NCBI GenBank assembly: GCA_964016885.1
Contig: CAXHJY010000892.1
Span: 34,391-98,390, forward strand
Direction: 5' to 3'
From: Eledone cirrhosa
Lineage: Eukaryota
DNA length: 64,000 nt
The notes under the pieces are model-generated. The model ran no database searches and had not been told where the DNA came from. It was given only the letters and a program-made list of their open reading frames with translations. The translations under genes and the position numbers were made by a program. Within the stretch, counting starts at the first letter, position 1. Each line of letters opens with the position of its first letter. Of the stretch, positions 26,060 through 39,400 are shown in pieces.

Positions 26060-26960
26060 GGTTGGCCAGTCTTCTTGCAGTGTTTGTTTAGTAACAGCCC
26101 TTTACATTCCTAGTTCAAATCCCACCGAAGACAGATTTTTTTCTCATTCTTCCAGTGGCCAACAAAATAAAGTACCAGTCAAATACTAGGGTTGATTAAT
26201 TGACTTTATCCTGTCTTCCAAATCGCTGGTTTAGTGCCTAAAATAGACACTATTATCATCATCATCATCAGAGCGGTGGTTTGGCAGCATCGGAAGAACA
26301 TCAGAAAACATGCTTTGTGGCATATAGTTATGTTTCTTTACGTTCCAGGCCCAAATCCTGCCATGGCCAGCTTTTCCCTTCATCCTTACGAAGTAGATAA
26401 AACAAAGTACCAGAGATGCACTGGGATTGATTCAATCAACTTTCCCATACTCCAAAATCATTGGCCTTGTGCCTAAATTAATTTTGGGGGGAAGGGGAAA
26501 GTCGACTAAATCAACCCCACCGCATGACTGGTACCCCACTTTATCAACCCTGTAAAGATGAAAGGCAAAGCTAACCTCAGCAGGACTCGAACTCAGAACG
26601 TAAAGGGCTGTAACTATATGCCACAAAGTACGACGTCCAACGCTTTAGGCACAAGGCCAATAATTTTGGAGAGAGGGGAATGTTGTTTAAACTGACCCCA
26701 GTGCATTACTGGTACTCTATTTTATCGACCCCGTAAAGATGAAAGGGAAAGCTCACCTCGGTGAGACCTGATCTCAGAATGTAAAGAGTAAAAAAAGATA
26801 TGCTTTAACAATTCTGCTAACCGACTGGCTTGGACCTGGTGCTTTATTGTTTTTCAGAGCTCATAGGGATGAAATAAATGCAAAGTAGACTTTGGCGGGA
26901 TTTGAAATCAGAGAGCAGAGTGGGAACAAACACTGCAAGGTATTTAATTAATGCTCTAAT
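26060..26960. mobile_element. Cluster of about 5 Nin-domain SINEs (two +, three -)
   Basis: Repeated ctttcatcc...ataaaataaagtaccag and its reverse complement ctggtac..tttatcgaccc..gatgaaagg. Confidence 0.75.
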
Positions 26961-27289
26961 GACTCAGCTAATTTATTGCCGGTGTAATAGACGTTAAAAC
27001 AAAACGAGAAAAAAATTTTGCAAAAAAATAAATATACGAGTATCAAAAAAATACAGGTTTCAATGAGAATGTGTCTGTCTGTGTGTCTTTAAGAGCTTTT
27101 TTTTATTTTTTATTTTACTCTTCTTTTCTTTTCTGTTCCGACGGGCGAAAAACTTGCAGAGTTTCCCAGGGAATTGTTTGAATAAAACAAAAAATGAACT
27201 GTGTTCACCATTGACTGAAACTTTGTTTTGTCTTTCTGACAAATTTCGGAAATAGCATAAAACAGGTTCCACACACATACATACACAAT

Positions 27290-27560
27290 ATTGTGTGTGT
27301 GTGTATTTGTGTGAGTGCATGTGTATGTGTATGAATGTGTGTATGTTTGCATGTGTCTGTATGTGTGTGAGTGTATGTATGTCTGTGTGTGCATGTGTCT
27401 GCGTGTGTATGTGCATGTGTGTGTGAGCATGTATGTGTATGTGTGTGAGTGTATGTGTGTAAGCGTCTGTCTGTATGTGTGTGAGCATGTGTGTGTGCAT
27501 GTGTCTGTATGTGTCTGCGTGTGTGTGTGTGTGTGAATGTATGTGTGAATGTACATGCGT
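27290..27560. repeat. Degenerate (TG)n microsatellite
   Basis: Low-complexity TG/TA run. Confidence 0.9.
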
Positions 27561-27737
27561 AACATGTGTACATTTGGTAAAAAACATAAGCAGAAATTAA
27601 AGAATGTTTTTGTGAATACCACACATTCACACACATCTATGTGTGAAAGTGTGGTGAAAATATAAGTAGCAATTACATAAGGTTTCATGAACATCATACA
27701 CACATTTATCCATACACATATATCTGTGTGTGTGTGA

Positions 27738-27791
<54 letters not shown>

Positions 27792-28571
27792 TCACATGCA
27801 CATATATACACACATAAAGTGCCTCAGCATGGCCGCAGTCAAATGATTGAAGCAGATGACAGAATAACCCCTATCCACACACACAAGTGTGTGAGTGTGT
27901 GTATATATTATATATATATATAAAGACTACAATAAAGTCATTTTCCACCACCTCGACTTTTTTCTCTCATCGTTGTTATATATATATAATAAATAATAAA
28001 GAAACCATTATTGCTGTTATTGTTCATTGTGGGGTGTGACTGTGGTGGTGAACATCTAGAAGGAAGGAGTGGAGAAGTAAACAGCTGTGGGGGCTAAATG
28101 GATATGGATAAAATATGTATAGGGGTCTATATGATGATATGATCCCTCATACCCTTTAGCATTTACATTACTCTATATTTACTATTATATTTTCATAGTA
28201 AAGGCTTTATCTCACATAATATCGAATCTATGAGATTTTGATATTATTTATTTTGAGAACAATACTATAACATCAGTATGAGCAGCTGGTTACAGTCATT
28301 TTGAACAGAAGGGCGAGAGTTTAAAAGCTAAACGGTTAAATGGCTTTGAGGGTGTAACCCAGTATTGTCACAGTTTCATGACTGAAACCAGTAAAAAAAA
28401 GAATAATAGAAAAATGTATTTCATAAGAAATATGGTAAACAAAACTGTTAAACCGAGTGAGAGAATACTTCAATCACCCAGTGTGTAGTTGGGTGGTCAA
28501 TAACCTTTCCTAATGGAAAACAGTGTCATGCCCCTGCATGGCCACAGTCAAATAGCTGAATCTACTAAAAG

Positions 28572-28605
<34 letters not shown>

Positions 28606-28615
28606 ACTTCTATAT

Positions 28616-28777
28616 CGGGGTTTGCCAAATATTTTCAAATGCGGAACCTTTTTTGGTTCAGAAACTTTTGTCTAATACTGTTATATGGTTATAATATAAA
28701 TATACTCCTCTCCCTTTTTTTACGGAGCCCCAGACACTGCTTTGCAGAACCCGCGGAACCCACTTTGGGAACCACTA
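28616..28777. mobile_element. Short hAT (Charlie-like) MITE
   Basis: cggggtttgccaaa...tttgggaaccacta with gcggaacc subterminal motifs. TSD-like flanks ttctatat / ttctatgc. Confidence 0.55.
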
Positions 28778-29695
28778 TTCTATGCCTTGCTTCTTCAACT
28801 TAAACTCTAGACATCCAGTAAATGATCTGCAAAACATATCTAAAAGCAGATTTGTTAATTCAAATGTCTACAGAATCTTTACTGGTGGACAGATTGTTGT
28901 GAAAATTTGCAATCTTATGATTTTGATGTTATATAGTTATTGTGCTATGAATGTCTTGCCAATGTGGTTTCATGTGGTACAGGACATTAAGAGTTAAGTA
29001 ATCCGATCCAGGTCCTATTTATTGAAACTTACTCAACTGCAAACATTCAGAGCCCCACCCACTATTCCACACTGAAGATTCACAACACACGCTTATATAT
29101 TTTTTTCTTTTTCTTTTTTACTTACAGGCGGGCATTGATCTGCAAATGTTCAGCCTGGGCCACAATCGCCCCATAGTTCTTAACAATCTGGGAGGGTTTA
29201 CAAAGGCCATTGGTACACTACTTTCCACCACCACCACCACCACCACTTCAGTAAAAACGTCAACCTCAGCCTCGTGAAAAAATTAATTTAAAAAAAAAAA
29301 AATATATGTATGTATATATGTGAATATATATATATATGTATATTTATACATATGTATGTATATTTATACATATGTATGTATATATGTGAATATATATATA
29401 TGTATATTTATACATATGTATGTATATATGTGAATATATATATATGTATATTTATACATATGTATGTATATATGTGAATATATATGTATGTATATATGTA
29501 TATTTATACATATGTATGTATATATGTGAATATATATGTATGTATATATGTATATTTATACATATGTATGTATATATGTCAATATATATATATGAATATA
29601 TATGTATGTATATATGTGAATATATATATATGTATATATGTGTATATATATATGTATATGTATATATATATGTATATATGTGTATATATATATAT

Positions 29696-32600
29696 CATCA
29701 TCAACGTTTAACGTCCGTGTTCCACGCTTGCATGGGTTTGGACGGGGGTTTTCCCACTTGAGGCAAGAGTGATTGTCTTGCTCGCATAGGACTGTCTGGC
29801 AGGTTTTCTACAGTTGGATGCCCTTCCTAACACCAACCACATTTACAGTGTGGGTCTGGGAGGATTTTACCGTGTTGCCTACACGGCCACATTACAGCGT
29901 GGACTGTGTGTTTTTTTGTCGTGACACCTACACGATCTCATTTGTTTCGGCCTGGATGGTGTGGCACGAACATAACTTTACATAGAAGGGGGCGGTGTGG
30001 ATGGGGTGGGGGTGGTGGGACGGGGGTGTATTTTGTTAGAGATGCCTACTGACTGTAGTAGGTTTTACTTTGTATTTAGGTAAGGCGGGTCTTCTCTATT
30101 ACTGAGTACCGCCAAAGGTCTCGGTCCAGTGACATTGTCTTGGTGAGGTGTAAGTGTGTGAGGTCGGAGTTTATCAGCTCGTCCCAGGTTTTTCTGGGTC
30201 TGCCTATTCCGTGGCTACCGTCTATCTTTATTGCCCTGCACTTTGTTATACAGCTATCGTCCTTCATGCGCATCACATGTCCATACCAACGTAGCCTTCT
30301 CTCTAGTAAACAACATCTGATCCCTCTTATTTCTAATTTTTTCCTTAGTTCGTTTATGCTTTGTCGTTCACGTATATTACTATTACACATCCAGTGGAGC
30401 ATGCAAGCTTCGTTTCTCTCTAGTCTGCGTATATCCTCTGCACACAATGCCCAGGTCTCACTGCCATGCAACATTGCTGTTCGTATGCAGGCATCGTACA
30501 GCCTGCCTTTCATTTTTAGGGAGAACCCTTTAGCGGCTAATAGTGGTATAAGCTCTCTGAACTTTTTCCACCCAGTTCTGACTCTAGCTACTGTACTTTC
30601 AGAGCACCCTCCCCCACTGCTGATTTTGTCACCCAGGTAACGGAAGCTGTCCACTATTTCTATAGAACCCTCTGCGCAGTTGAAAGAGCTAGTATTTTGT
30701 GGGCACTTGCTGCTACTTATTGCCCCAGAACACCGGCCACATGTAAAATCTATGTTCTTAGTTAGCTTACCTGTGATCCCACTACATCTTTTATGCACCC
30801 AAACTTTGCATTTGGGACACAAAATGGAATTTCTACCTACGCCTTTCCTACACAGTGCGCATGGCCACTTCCCGGAGGGGACCGCCACCTTATTTTCTTT
30901 CTTACAAACTAGAACTTTAGTCTTAGCCAGGTTAATTTTAAGGCCTTTTGATTCTAGGCCGTGCTTCTATGTTTGGAATTTCTTCTCTAGCTCGGCCATT
31001 GATTCAGCTATGAGCGTTAGATCATCTGCATATAGGAGTTCCTCTGTTATAGCCTGCAGGGCAATAATAAATAGTAGGGGGCTAAGAACAGAGCCCTGAT
31101 GGACACCAACTTTTACACTAAACTCTTCACTATATTCGTTGTTAATTCTAACCTTGCTGACTGTTTCTTTATACATGGCTTGTATAGCTCTCACAAGCCA
31201 TTCATCAACACCTAGTTTTCTAAGAGCCCACCAGATAATGGAACGGGGGACTCTGTCGAAGGCCTTCTCCAAGTCGACGAAAGCTAAGTATAGGGGTTTA
31301 CTTTTAGCTAGGTACTTCTCCTGTAGTTGTCGTACAATGAAAAGAGCGTCTGTGGTACTTTTTCCTGACACAAACCTGAACTGCATTTCATCTAGATCAA
31401 TTCACTCTCTGATTAGTTGCGCTATTACTTTTTCCGTGACCTTCATGACCTGGTCGATTAATTTAATGCCTCTATAGTTACTCCTATCTAGGGCATCTCC
31501 TTTACCCTTATAACAGTTAACGATAATGCTGCTACGCCAGTCCTTCGGAACAACCCCATTCTGTATGACTTGGTTGACTATCCGGGTGACCATGGTGTGT
31601 CCCACCGTACCAGATGCCTTCAGCATCTCGGCAACTATTTCCGAAGGCCCAGCCGCCTTGCCTGTCTTCATATCTTTGATTGCCTTACTTATTATACTAC
31701 CCTCGACTAACACTGCTGGTCCCTCTATTGGGTCGATGTGGGGGAGACTGTCTTTCTCCCATTTATTCTCCTCATTTAGTAGCCTTTCATAGTGACACTT
31801 CCAAGCTACCTTCTTATCGGCGTCGGTGATGGCAAGTACGCCGTCATCGTTAAGTACACACTTCTCCCTGACAATATCACTGTTTTCCTTGACACATTGC
31901 CTAGCAATCCTGAACACCTCACGTTTTTGGTCCTCACGTTGTAGAACATGCTTGAACTTTCTTTCCTCTGCTTCCCTTCTTGTGAAGTACACTTGTCTCC
32001 TAGCTTCCCTCCTGGCCACTTGATAGTCTTCTCTGCTTCCCCCATCCCGCCATACTTTCCAAGCCTGCTTTTTGGCCTTAATTGACCCCTCCACCTTACT
32101 GTTCCACCACCATGTTACTCTCCTCCTGCCTACAGGCCTGCTCCAGCCACAGACTTCGTCTGCCGCCGTCAGCAGGTTTGCTTTCAGGAATTCCCACTGT
32201 TCCTCTACCTTGTACGTCTCTAATTGCTCTTCCTCACTGTCGAAAGCATCAAGTAATATGCTTTGGAATTTATTTTTGGCTGTGGGGTCCTTTAGCTTCC
32301 ATATTTTTCTCCTGAGGATAGTCCTCTTCTGTTGTCTAGTACGTCTCGTCCTGACTATTAGGTCACTAATTATCAGTCTATGTTGGGAAGTGCATTCTTC
32401 ATGGGGGAGGGATTTAGTTTTTACGACAGTCACTTTGTCACGTCTTCTGGTAAGGATATAATCTACCTGGCTAGTATGTTCCCCTGATCTGTAGGTGATC
32501 AAGTGATTGTCTCGTTTTTTTAAGTTAGTGTTGCAGATAGTTAGGTTATTTGCGTCGCAGAATTCCAGGATTCTGGAGCCTTCCTCATTTCTAGTACCAA

Positions 32601-34043
32601 ACCCATAGCCTCCATGGATTTCGTCGTAGCCGTCACAATGTTGTCCAACGTGACCGTTTAGGTCACCTGCAATAATTATATAGTCACTGTCGGTTATTTG
32701 GGAGGTAGTGAGCATCAGTGTCTCATAGAATCTGTCTTTTATAGTGCTGGGCAGTCCGGATTGGGGTGCGTACGCAGATATTACTGTCACCGTCGTTCTA
32801 CTGAGGACAAGTCTTATTTTAATTATCCTGTCGTTCACTCTATTTACGTCTATTATCTTATCTGCCCACTTTTCTGCTACCATGATTCCTACTCCACCCA
32901 GCCCATTGTCGTTTACCACCCAGAAAAGCTTATAGCATCGTTTTCTACCCACAATGTATCTAGCAGATCCACCCCTCCACCTGGTCTCTTGAATACAACA
33001 AACATCGACCTCCTTACGTTCAAGCATTTCTACAACCTCGTTAGAGCGACCCTTTAAGGTGCCTACATTCAAGGTACCAAATCTGAAGTTTTGGATTGCG
33101 TTTGGGGGGTTGGAAAGGTGGGGAGCGGGGGGAGATGGGGTTATGTTAGCCATCCGCGGCCGAAACAAAGAGGCATGCTCGCATTCTCGTCCACGAGGTG
33201 TGATTGTCTTTAACTTTGGCATTGTCGCTGAGCATCCAGATTTTTCTCTCTTCAACTCTCCGGAACTCCGTAGTCCTTCCATCCTACATATCGAAGGCGA
33301 CCAGGTAAGCGATAGTATAGGCCTCTGGCTTATGATTGGTCCACGTAATAATAATGGTGGTGTATGTGGGGGAGGGAGGGGTGTTGAGTTGTTAGCGAGA
33401 AGGATAGGTTTAAGTGAGAACCCCGTATTAACGAACAAAAATACAAGATTTGTTTAGTAAAATACGCCAAAAACTTCCGTATTTTTACAAGCATGACAGA
33501 AATACAAGAGATTTGTTTTGGAAAATACATGGGGAATGGAAAGAGGATAGAAAAAAATGCTATTGGAAGGACTAAAAATGCTGTTGGAAGGACTAATGGA
33601 GTTAGGCGTATGTTAGAAGAGGTAGAAAAATGAGTACATTACATTATAACCATGAATGAATGAAGTTCAGCCACAAGTTTGGCGAAAGTGAATTACTTTG
33701 TCTTATATATGTATCTGGGTTGGGTAGAGAGAGAGAGAGGGGGGTGGTGGTGGTGATTTGACCGCATGTTGTAGAGTGTGGTGGAGGGGAAGAAGATATT
33801 AAGGAGCGGGAATTAAGAGTTTGAAATAATAACATATATTTAAAATATTGTTAAGAGTTTGAAGTAACAAATATATTTAAAATATTTGTATATGAGAAGA
33901 GTAGGTTTTAGCGAGAAGGATAGGTTTAAGTGAGAACCCCGTATTAATGAACAAAAATACAAGATTTGTTTAGTAAAATACGCCAAAAACTTCCGTATTT
34001 TTACAAGCATGACAGAAATACAAGAGATTTGTTTTGGAAAATA
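29696..34043 (-). mobile_element. Near full-length RTE LINE, inactivated
   Basis: APE in ORF 31402-33438 (GTLNVGTL, CIQETRW, IAGDLNGH, SQVDYIL, SQHRL). RT and PHD in 30967-31386 and 30076-30888. In-frame stops at 31402 and 30967 and an in-frame loss of FKTGCPWE before LLYADD. Confidence 0.96.
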
Positions 34044-34301
34044 TGTGTATATATATGTAAGTATGTATGTATACGTACATACATATATGAGATTTGTTTT
34101 GGAAAATATGTGTATATATATGTAAGTATGTATGTATACGTACATACATATATGAAATTTCGTTTTCATTTTTTTCAACTTATCGTTTTCGGTATGCCTG
34201 ACCGATTTAACTCACTCAATATGCAAATTAGGCTGCTCAGCCGTTAATTTTCATAAGGAAAGTATATACTTTCGAACGTTCAACTATCTGGCAGATGGGT
34301 A

Positions 34302-34346
34302 AACGGTGCTGATGATAGCTAACAAGCTTGAAACTAGTACATCGTT
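34302..34346 (+). ncRNA. Minimal type I hammerhead ribozyme, copy 1
   Basis: aacggtg-CTGATGA-t-agct-aaca-agct-t-GAAA-ctag-TA-catcgtt: 7-bp stem I and palindromic stem III (ACUAGU). Predicted cut after A34339. Confidence 0.9.
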
Positions 34347-34780
34347 CCTGTGTCAGTGTTGAACAAAAAGGTGACGTGGTTGCCTTAACACCGTATGGCA
34401 TAAATTCAGGCTGTTCGATTTGTTGACAAACAAACGAACAAAGCAGGCGTTATAATAAACGTCGGCTAAACTGATGCGTGCATATATGTATGTGTACCTG
34501 TATGCATATGTGTATATATGTATATATATATATATATATATATGCATGCTACTGTACGTCTGTATACATATATGTATGTACGTATACATACATACTTACA
34601 TTTAAGTAAGTGCCATACTAAGAGTGAGAAATGAAATTTCGTTTTCATTTTTTTCAACTTATCGTTTTCGGTATGCCTGACCGATTTAACTCACTCAATA
34701 TGCAAATTAGGCTGCTCAGCCGTTAATTTTCATAAGGAAAGTATATACTTTCGAACGTTCAACTATCTGGCAGATGGGTA

Positions 34781-34825
34781 AACGGTGCTGATGATAGCTA
34801 ACAAGCTTGAAACTAGTACATCGTT
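34781..34825 (+). ncRNA. Minimal type I hammerhead ribozyme, copy 2
   Basis: Identical to copy 1. Predicted cut after A34818. Confidence 0.9.
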
Positions 34826-35010
34826 CCTGTGTCAGTGTTGAACAAAAAGGTGACGTGGTTGCCTTAACACCGTATGGCATAAATTCAGGCTGTTCGATTT
34901 GTTGACAAACAAACGAACAAAGCAGGCGTTATAATAAACGTCGGCTAAACTGATGCGTGCATATATGTATGTGTACCTGTATGCATATGTGTATATATGT
35001 ATATATATTT

Positions 35011-36190
35011 TTTTTTCATGACGTTATTATTGTTAATTTTACTGATGTAGTATTAACTTATTAACTTGGATATTTACCATGCGGTATTCTAATCCTATTG
35101 TATCTCTCTCAGTTATTTACCATGCGACCCTCAGTTCCTACCCCCCCCCCCCCCCTCTATGCACTTCTTTAAGGCTTACTACCCTGTCTTTAACCTAATT
35201 CATTCAATCTGAAAATATTGAAGAGATAAGACACTTTGCCATTCTTCTCTGCTAAAATGTACCAGTAGAGCTGATTCAAATTTTCCCAGCCAGCCATCCA
35301 CCTAATCTACGAAGGTATTTTAGCCTACATATTGTCGTTAATATTATGATGTTCCCTGCTGTATTAGCGTTAAATTTTCCCTGCTGTATTAGCGATAAAT
35401 TTTCGAGGGTTTCTCTTAGTAGCTTTTTCATGTCGTTAATATTATGATGTTCCCTGCTGTATTAGCGTTAAATTTTCCCTGCTGTATTAGCGATAAATTT
35501 TCGAGGGTTTCTCTTAGTAGCTTTTTTCATGACGTTATTATTGTTAATTTTACTGATGTAGTATTAACTTATTAACTTGGATATTTACCATGCGGTATTC
35601 TAATCCTATTGTATCTCTCTCAGTTATTTACCATGCGACCCTCAGTTCCTACCCCCCCCCCCCCTCTATGCACTTCTTTAAGGCTTACTACCCTGTCTTT
35701 AACCTAATTCATTCAATCTGAAAATATTGAAGAGATAAGACACTTTGCCATTCTTCTCTGCTAAAATGTACCAGTAGAGCTGATTCAAATTTTCCCAGCC
35801 AGCCATCCACCTAATCTACGAAGGTATTTTAGCCTACATATTGTCGTTAATATTATGATGTTCCCTGCTGTATTAGCGTTAAATTTTCCCTGCTGTATTA
35901 GCGATAAATTTTCGAGGGTTTCTCTTAGTAGCTTTTTCATGTCGTTAATATTATGATGTTCCCTGCTGTATTAGCGTTAAATTTTCCCTGCTGTATTAGC
36001 GATAAATTTTCGAGGGTTTCTCTTAGTAGCTTTTTCATGTCGTTAATATTATGATGTTCCCTGCTGTATTAGCGTTAAATTTTCCCTGCTGTATTAGCGA
36101 TAAATTTTCGAGGGTTTCTCTTAGTAGCTTTTTTCATGACGTTATTATTGTTAATTTTACTGATGTAGTATTAACTTGGATATTTACCAT
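35011..36190 (+). repeat. Nested tandem repeats in the RTE 5' region (~510-bp unit containing 98-bp subunits)
   Basis: 'catgacgttatt' at 35017, 35528 and 36135. 98-bp subunits start at 35333, 35431, 35842, 35940 and 36038. Confidence 0.92.
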
Positions 36191-36448
36191 GCGACCCTCA
36201 GTTCCTACCTCACAATTTCCCTCCCTCCCACCCCCACACACCACCATAGTCTATTCGACCAATCAAACCTAGCATGCCATTTCCACTGCTGCTGCTGCTA
36301 CTACCTGCCTAACTCTCTCCTCCTCTGGCGCATCCCAACACACCCTGCCATTACCCCACCACCACTGTCCTTCTAGCCCTCAATTTTCCCACCGTTATGG
36401 ATGGATGAGCTGGGAATACACGAGCAACTCTGAATCAATAGATGAAAT

Positions 36449-39400
36449 ATGAATCTGCGAGCTACCAAGCACCCACGTGAAGCGCCAACCCAGAGACCCT
36501 CCCCTACGAGTGTCGACAAATGCCCAAAACTCCGAGTTGGTACCATCAATGTAGGCTCAATGAAAGGAAGAGCAGGAGAAATCGTAGAAATGCTAGAGCG
36601 AAAGGAAGTTGATGTATGCTGTGTGCAAGAGACTAGATGGAGAGGAGGGTCTGCTAGAGTCCTTGTAGGAAAAAGCCAGTGCTACAAATTTTTCTGGGTG
36701 GGAAATGACGATGGGATGGGTGGTGTAGGTATACTATTAGCTGACAAGTGGGTAGATAAAGTAATCTCAGTGTACAGGGTAAATGCAAGAATCATTAAAC
36801 TCAGACTAGTCCTGAATAAGACAATTACCACAATAATATCAGCTTACGCACCCCAATCGGGGCTGCCAGACGAACTTAAGGATAGGTTTTACGAGTCCCT
36901 AATACACACTACTGCTCTAACAGACGACAAGGACTTCCTAATCATTGCAGGAGATTTTAACGGACACGTAGGTAAACACTGCGACGGCTTCAATAGAGTA
37001 CATGGAGGCCATGGAGTTGGCACAAGGAATGAGGAAGGATTCAGACTTCTAGAATTCTGCGACGCCAATGACATGTCGATATGTAACACAAACTTTAAAA
37101 AACCCGACAACCACCTGATCACCTATAGATCAGGGGAGCACTCTAGTCAGTTAGATTTTATTCTCATCAGAGGACGTGACAGATGGACGGTCGTAAACAC
37201 AAAAGCCTTCCCTAGTGAGGAATGTACATCCCAACATAGCTTAGTTGTCAGCGACCTCACGGTCAGAACTAGACGAGCCCTGAAACAGAGGCCAACCTGG
37301 AGAAGAAAGATCTGGAAGCTGAAAGTCCCCTCAACCAGTAACAGATTTAAAGATATTTTACTCAACGCCTACGACAGTAAAGAAGAACAGATAGAGACAT
37401 TTAACGTAGAAGAGAACTGGGAGTTCCTAAAAAATAACTTACTAGAGGCGACGGATGAGGTTTGTGGCTGGAGTAAGACCTCAAGCAGGAGGAGAGTGAC
37501 TTGGTGGTGGAACAATAAGGTAGATGAAGCAGTCAAGGCCAAGAGACAGGCATGGAAAGAATGGAAGAACGGGGGGAGCAGGGTACATTACATAGAGACC
37601 AAGAGGGAAGCTAGGCGACAAGTATACTTAGCTAGGAGGGAAGCAGAGGATAGAAAATTCAAGCATGTTTTACAACGTGAGGACCAGAAACAGGAGGTAT
37701 TCAAGATTGCGAGGCAGTGTGTCAGAGATAGTTGTGATGTCATTGGAGAGAAGTGTATCCGGAATGATAAAGGTGAGCTTGCCCTCACAAGTGCTGAGAA
37801 GAAAGATGCATGGAAGAGTCATTATGATAGATTACTAAATGAGGAGAATGCATGGGAAGAAGAGACCCTACCCCACGTAGACCCTATAGAGGGACCAGCA
37901 GTACAAGTCAGCGGCAGCGTAGTAAGTAAGGCAATCAGAGATATGAAGATAGGGAAGGCAACCGGTCCATCGGGTATAGCTGCCGAGATGCTGAAGGCAT
38001 CTGGGTCTGTAGGTCACACTATAACCACACGTATCGTTAACCAGGTAATACTAGAGGGGGCCATACCAAAAGATTGGTGCAGTAGCATCATTGTCAACTG
38101 CTACAAAGGTAAAGGCGATGCACTAGATAGAGGAAACTATAGAGGTATAAAGTTGATGGACCAGGTCATGAAAGTAACAGAAAGAGTTATAGCACAGCTG
38201 ATTAGGGACCGGGTGAATATAGACGAGATGCAATTTGGGTTTGTTCCAGGGAAAGGCACCACTGATGCGCTCTTCCTTGTGAGGCAATTACAGGAAAAGT
38301 ACCTAGCTAAAAGTAAGCCACTCTACTTGGCATTTGTCGACCTTGAGAAAGCCTTTGACAGAGTTCCACGTGCAGTAATCTGGTGGGCTCTTAGAAAACT
38401 AGGAGTAGATGAATGGCTTGTGAAAGCGGTACAAGCCATGTATAGGGGAGCAGTCAGCAAAGTTAGGATTGGCAATGAGTATAGCGAGGAATTTAGCGTA
38501 CAGGTTGGGGTCCACCAGGGCTCTGTTCTTAGCCCTCTCCTGTTCATCATAGTCCTGCAGGCAATAACGGAGGAGTTTAAGACCGGATGCCCATGGGAAC
38601 TCCTGTATGCTGATGACCTCGCACTCATAGCTGAATCTATGGTAGAACTAGAGAATAAATTCCAAACCTGGAAGCAGGGACTAGAGAGAAAGGGCCTCAA
38701 AGTCAACATGACAAAGACTAAGGTCCTTATAAGTAGACGAGAAAACAGAACCCAGATCCCCTCAGGGAAATGGCCTTGCTCAGTATGTAGGAAAGGTGTA
38801 GGTAGGAACTCCATTCTTTGCCCCAAATGCAAACAATGGGTACACAAGAGATGTAGCGGGATCTCAGGAAGCTTAATTAAGAATGTAGGATTCACATGCA
38901 GCAGCTGTGCTGAAACAGCAAGCAAACAGCCACAGGAAACAAGTACCACCAATCTCTGGGAGGGCCCTGTAGAAACAGTAGACAGCTTCTGCTACCTAGG
39001 TGACCGAATTAGCAACGGAGGTGGGTGCTCAGAAAGTACAATAACTAGGGTAAGAACGGGATGGAAGAAGTTTAGGGAACTACTACCACTGCTAGCTGCA
39101 AAAGGCTTCTCCCTCAGAATGAAAGGCAGACTGTATGATGCGTGTATCCGAACAGCGATGTTGCATGGTAGTGAGACCTGGGCGCTGAAGGTGGAAGACT
39201 TACGTAGATTAGAGAGAAACGAAGCCTGCATGCTCCGATGGATGTGTAACAGTAATATACGTGAACGACAAAGCATAAATGAATTGAGAGAGAGACTGAG
39301 CATAAGAGGAATCAAATGCTGCGTGCAGGAGAGGCGGTTACGCTGGTATGGACATGTGATGCGTATGAAGGATGACAGCTGCATAAAAAGGTGCAGAGCA

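Larger units (their letters stand above)
34152..35008 (+). repeat. 479-bp tandem repeat with one hammerhead per unit (retrozyme/pLTR-like array); resumes at 39868-39985
   Basis: 34152 onward matches 34631 onward with no differences I could see. The second unit is split at its (TA)n by the RTE and continues after it. Confidence 0.92.

Noticed and set aside
31402-31404. TGA between the APE-containing and RT ORFs as programmed readthrough
   Set aside because: Paralogues have CGA/CGG (Arg) here and the copy has other lesions, so this is CpG decay.
35333-36135. 98-bp repeats as a possible CRISPR array
   Set aside because: Contiguous tandem units without unique spacers, no cas genes, eukaryotic context.
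36200-36448. HDV-like ribozyme at the RTE 5' end
   Set aside because: I could not draw the nested double pseudoknot by eye. Not excluded without a descriptor search.
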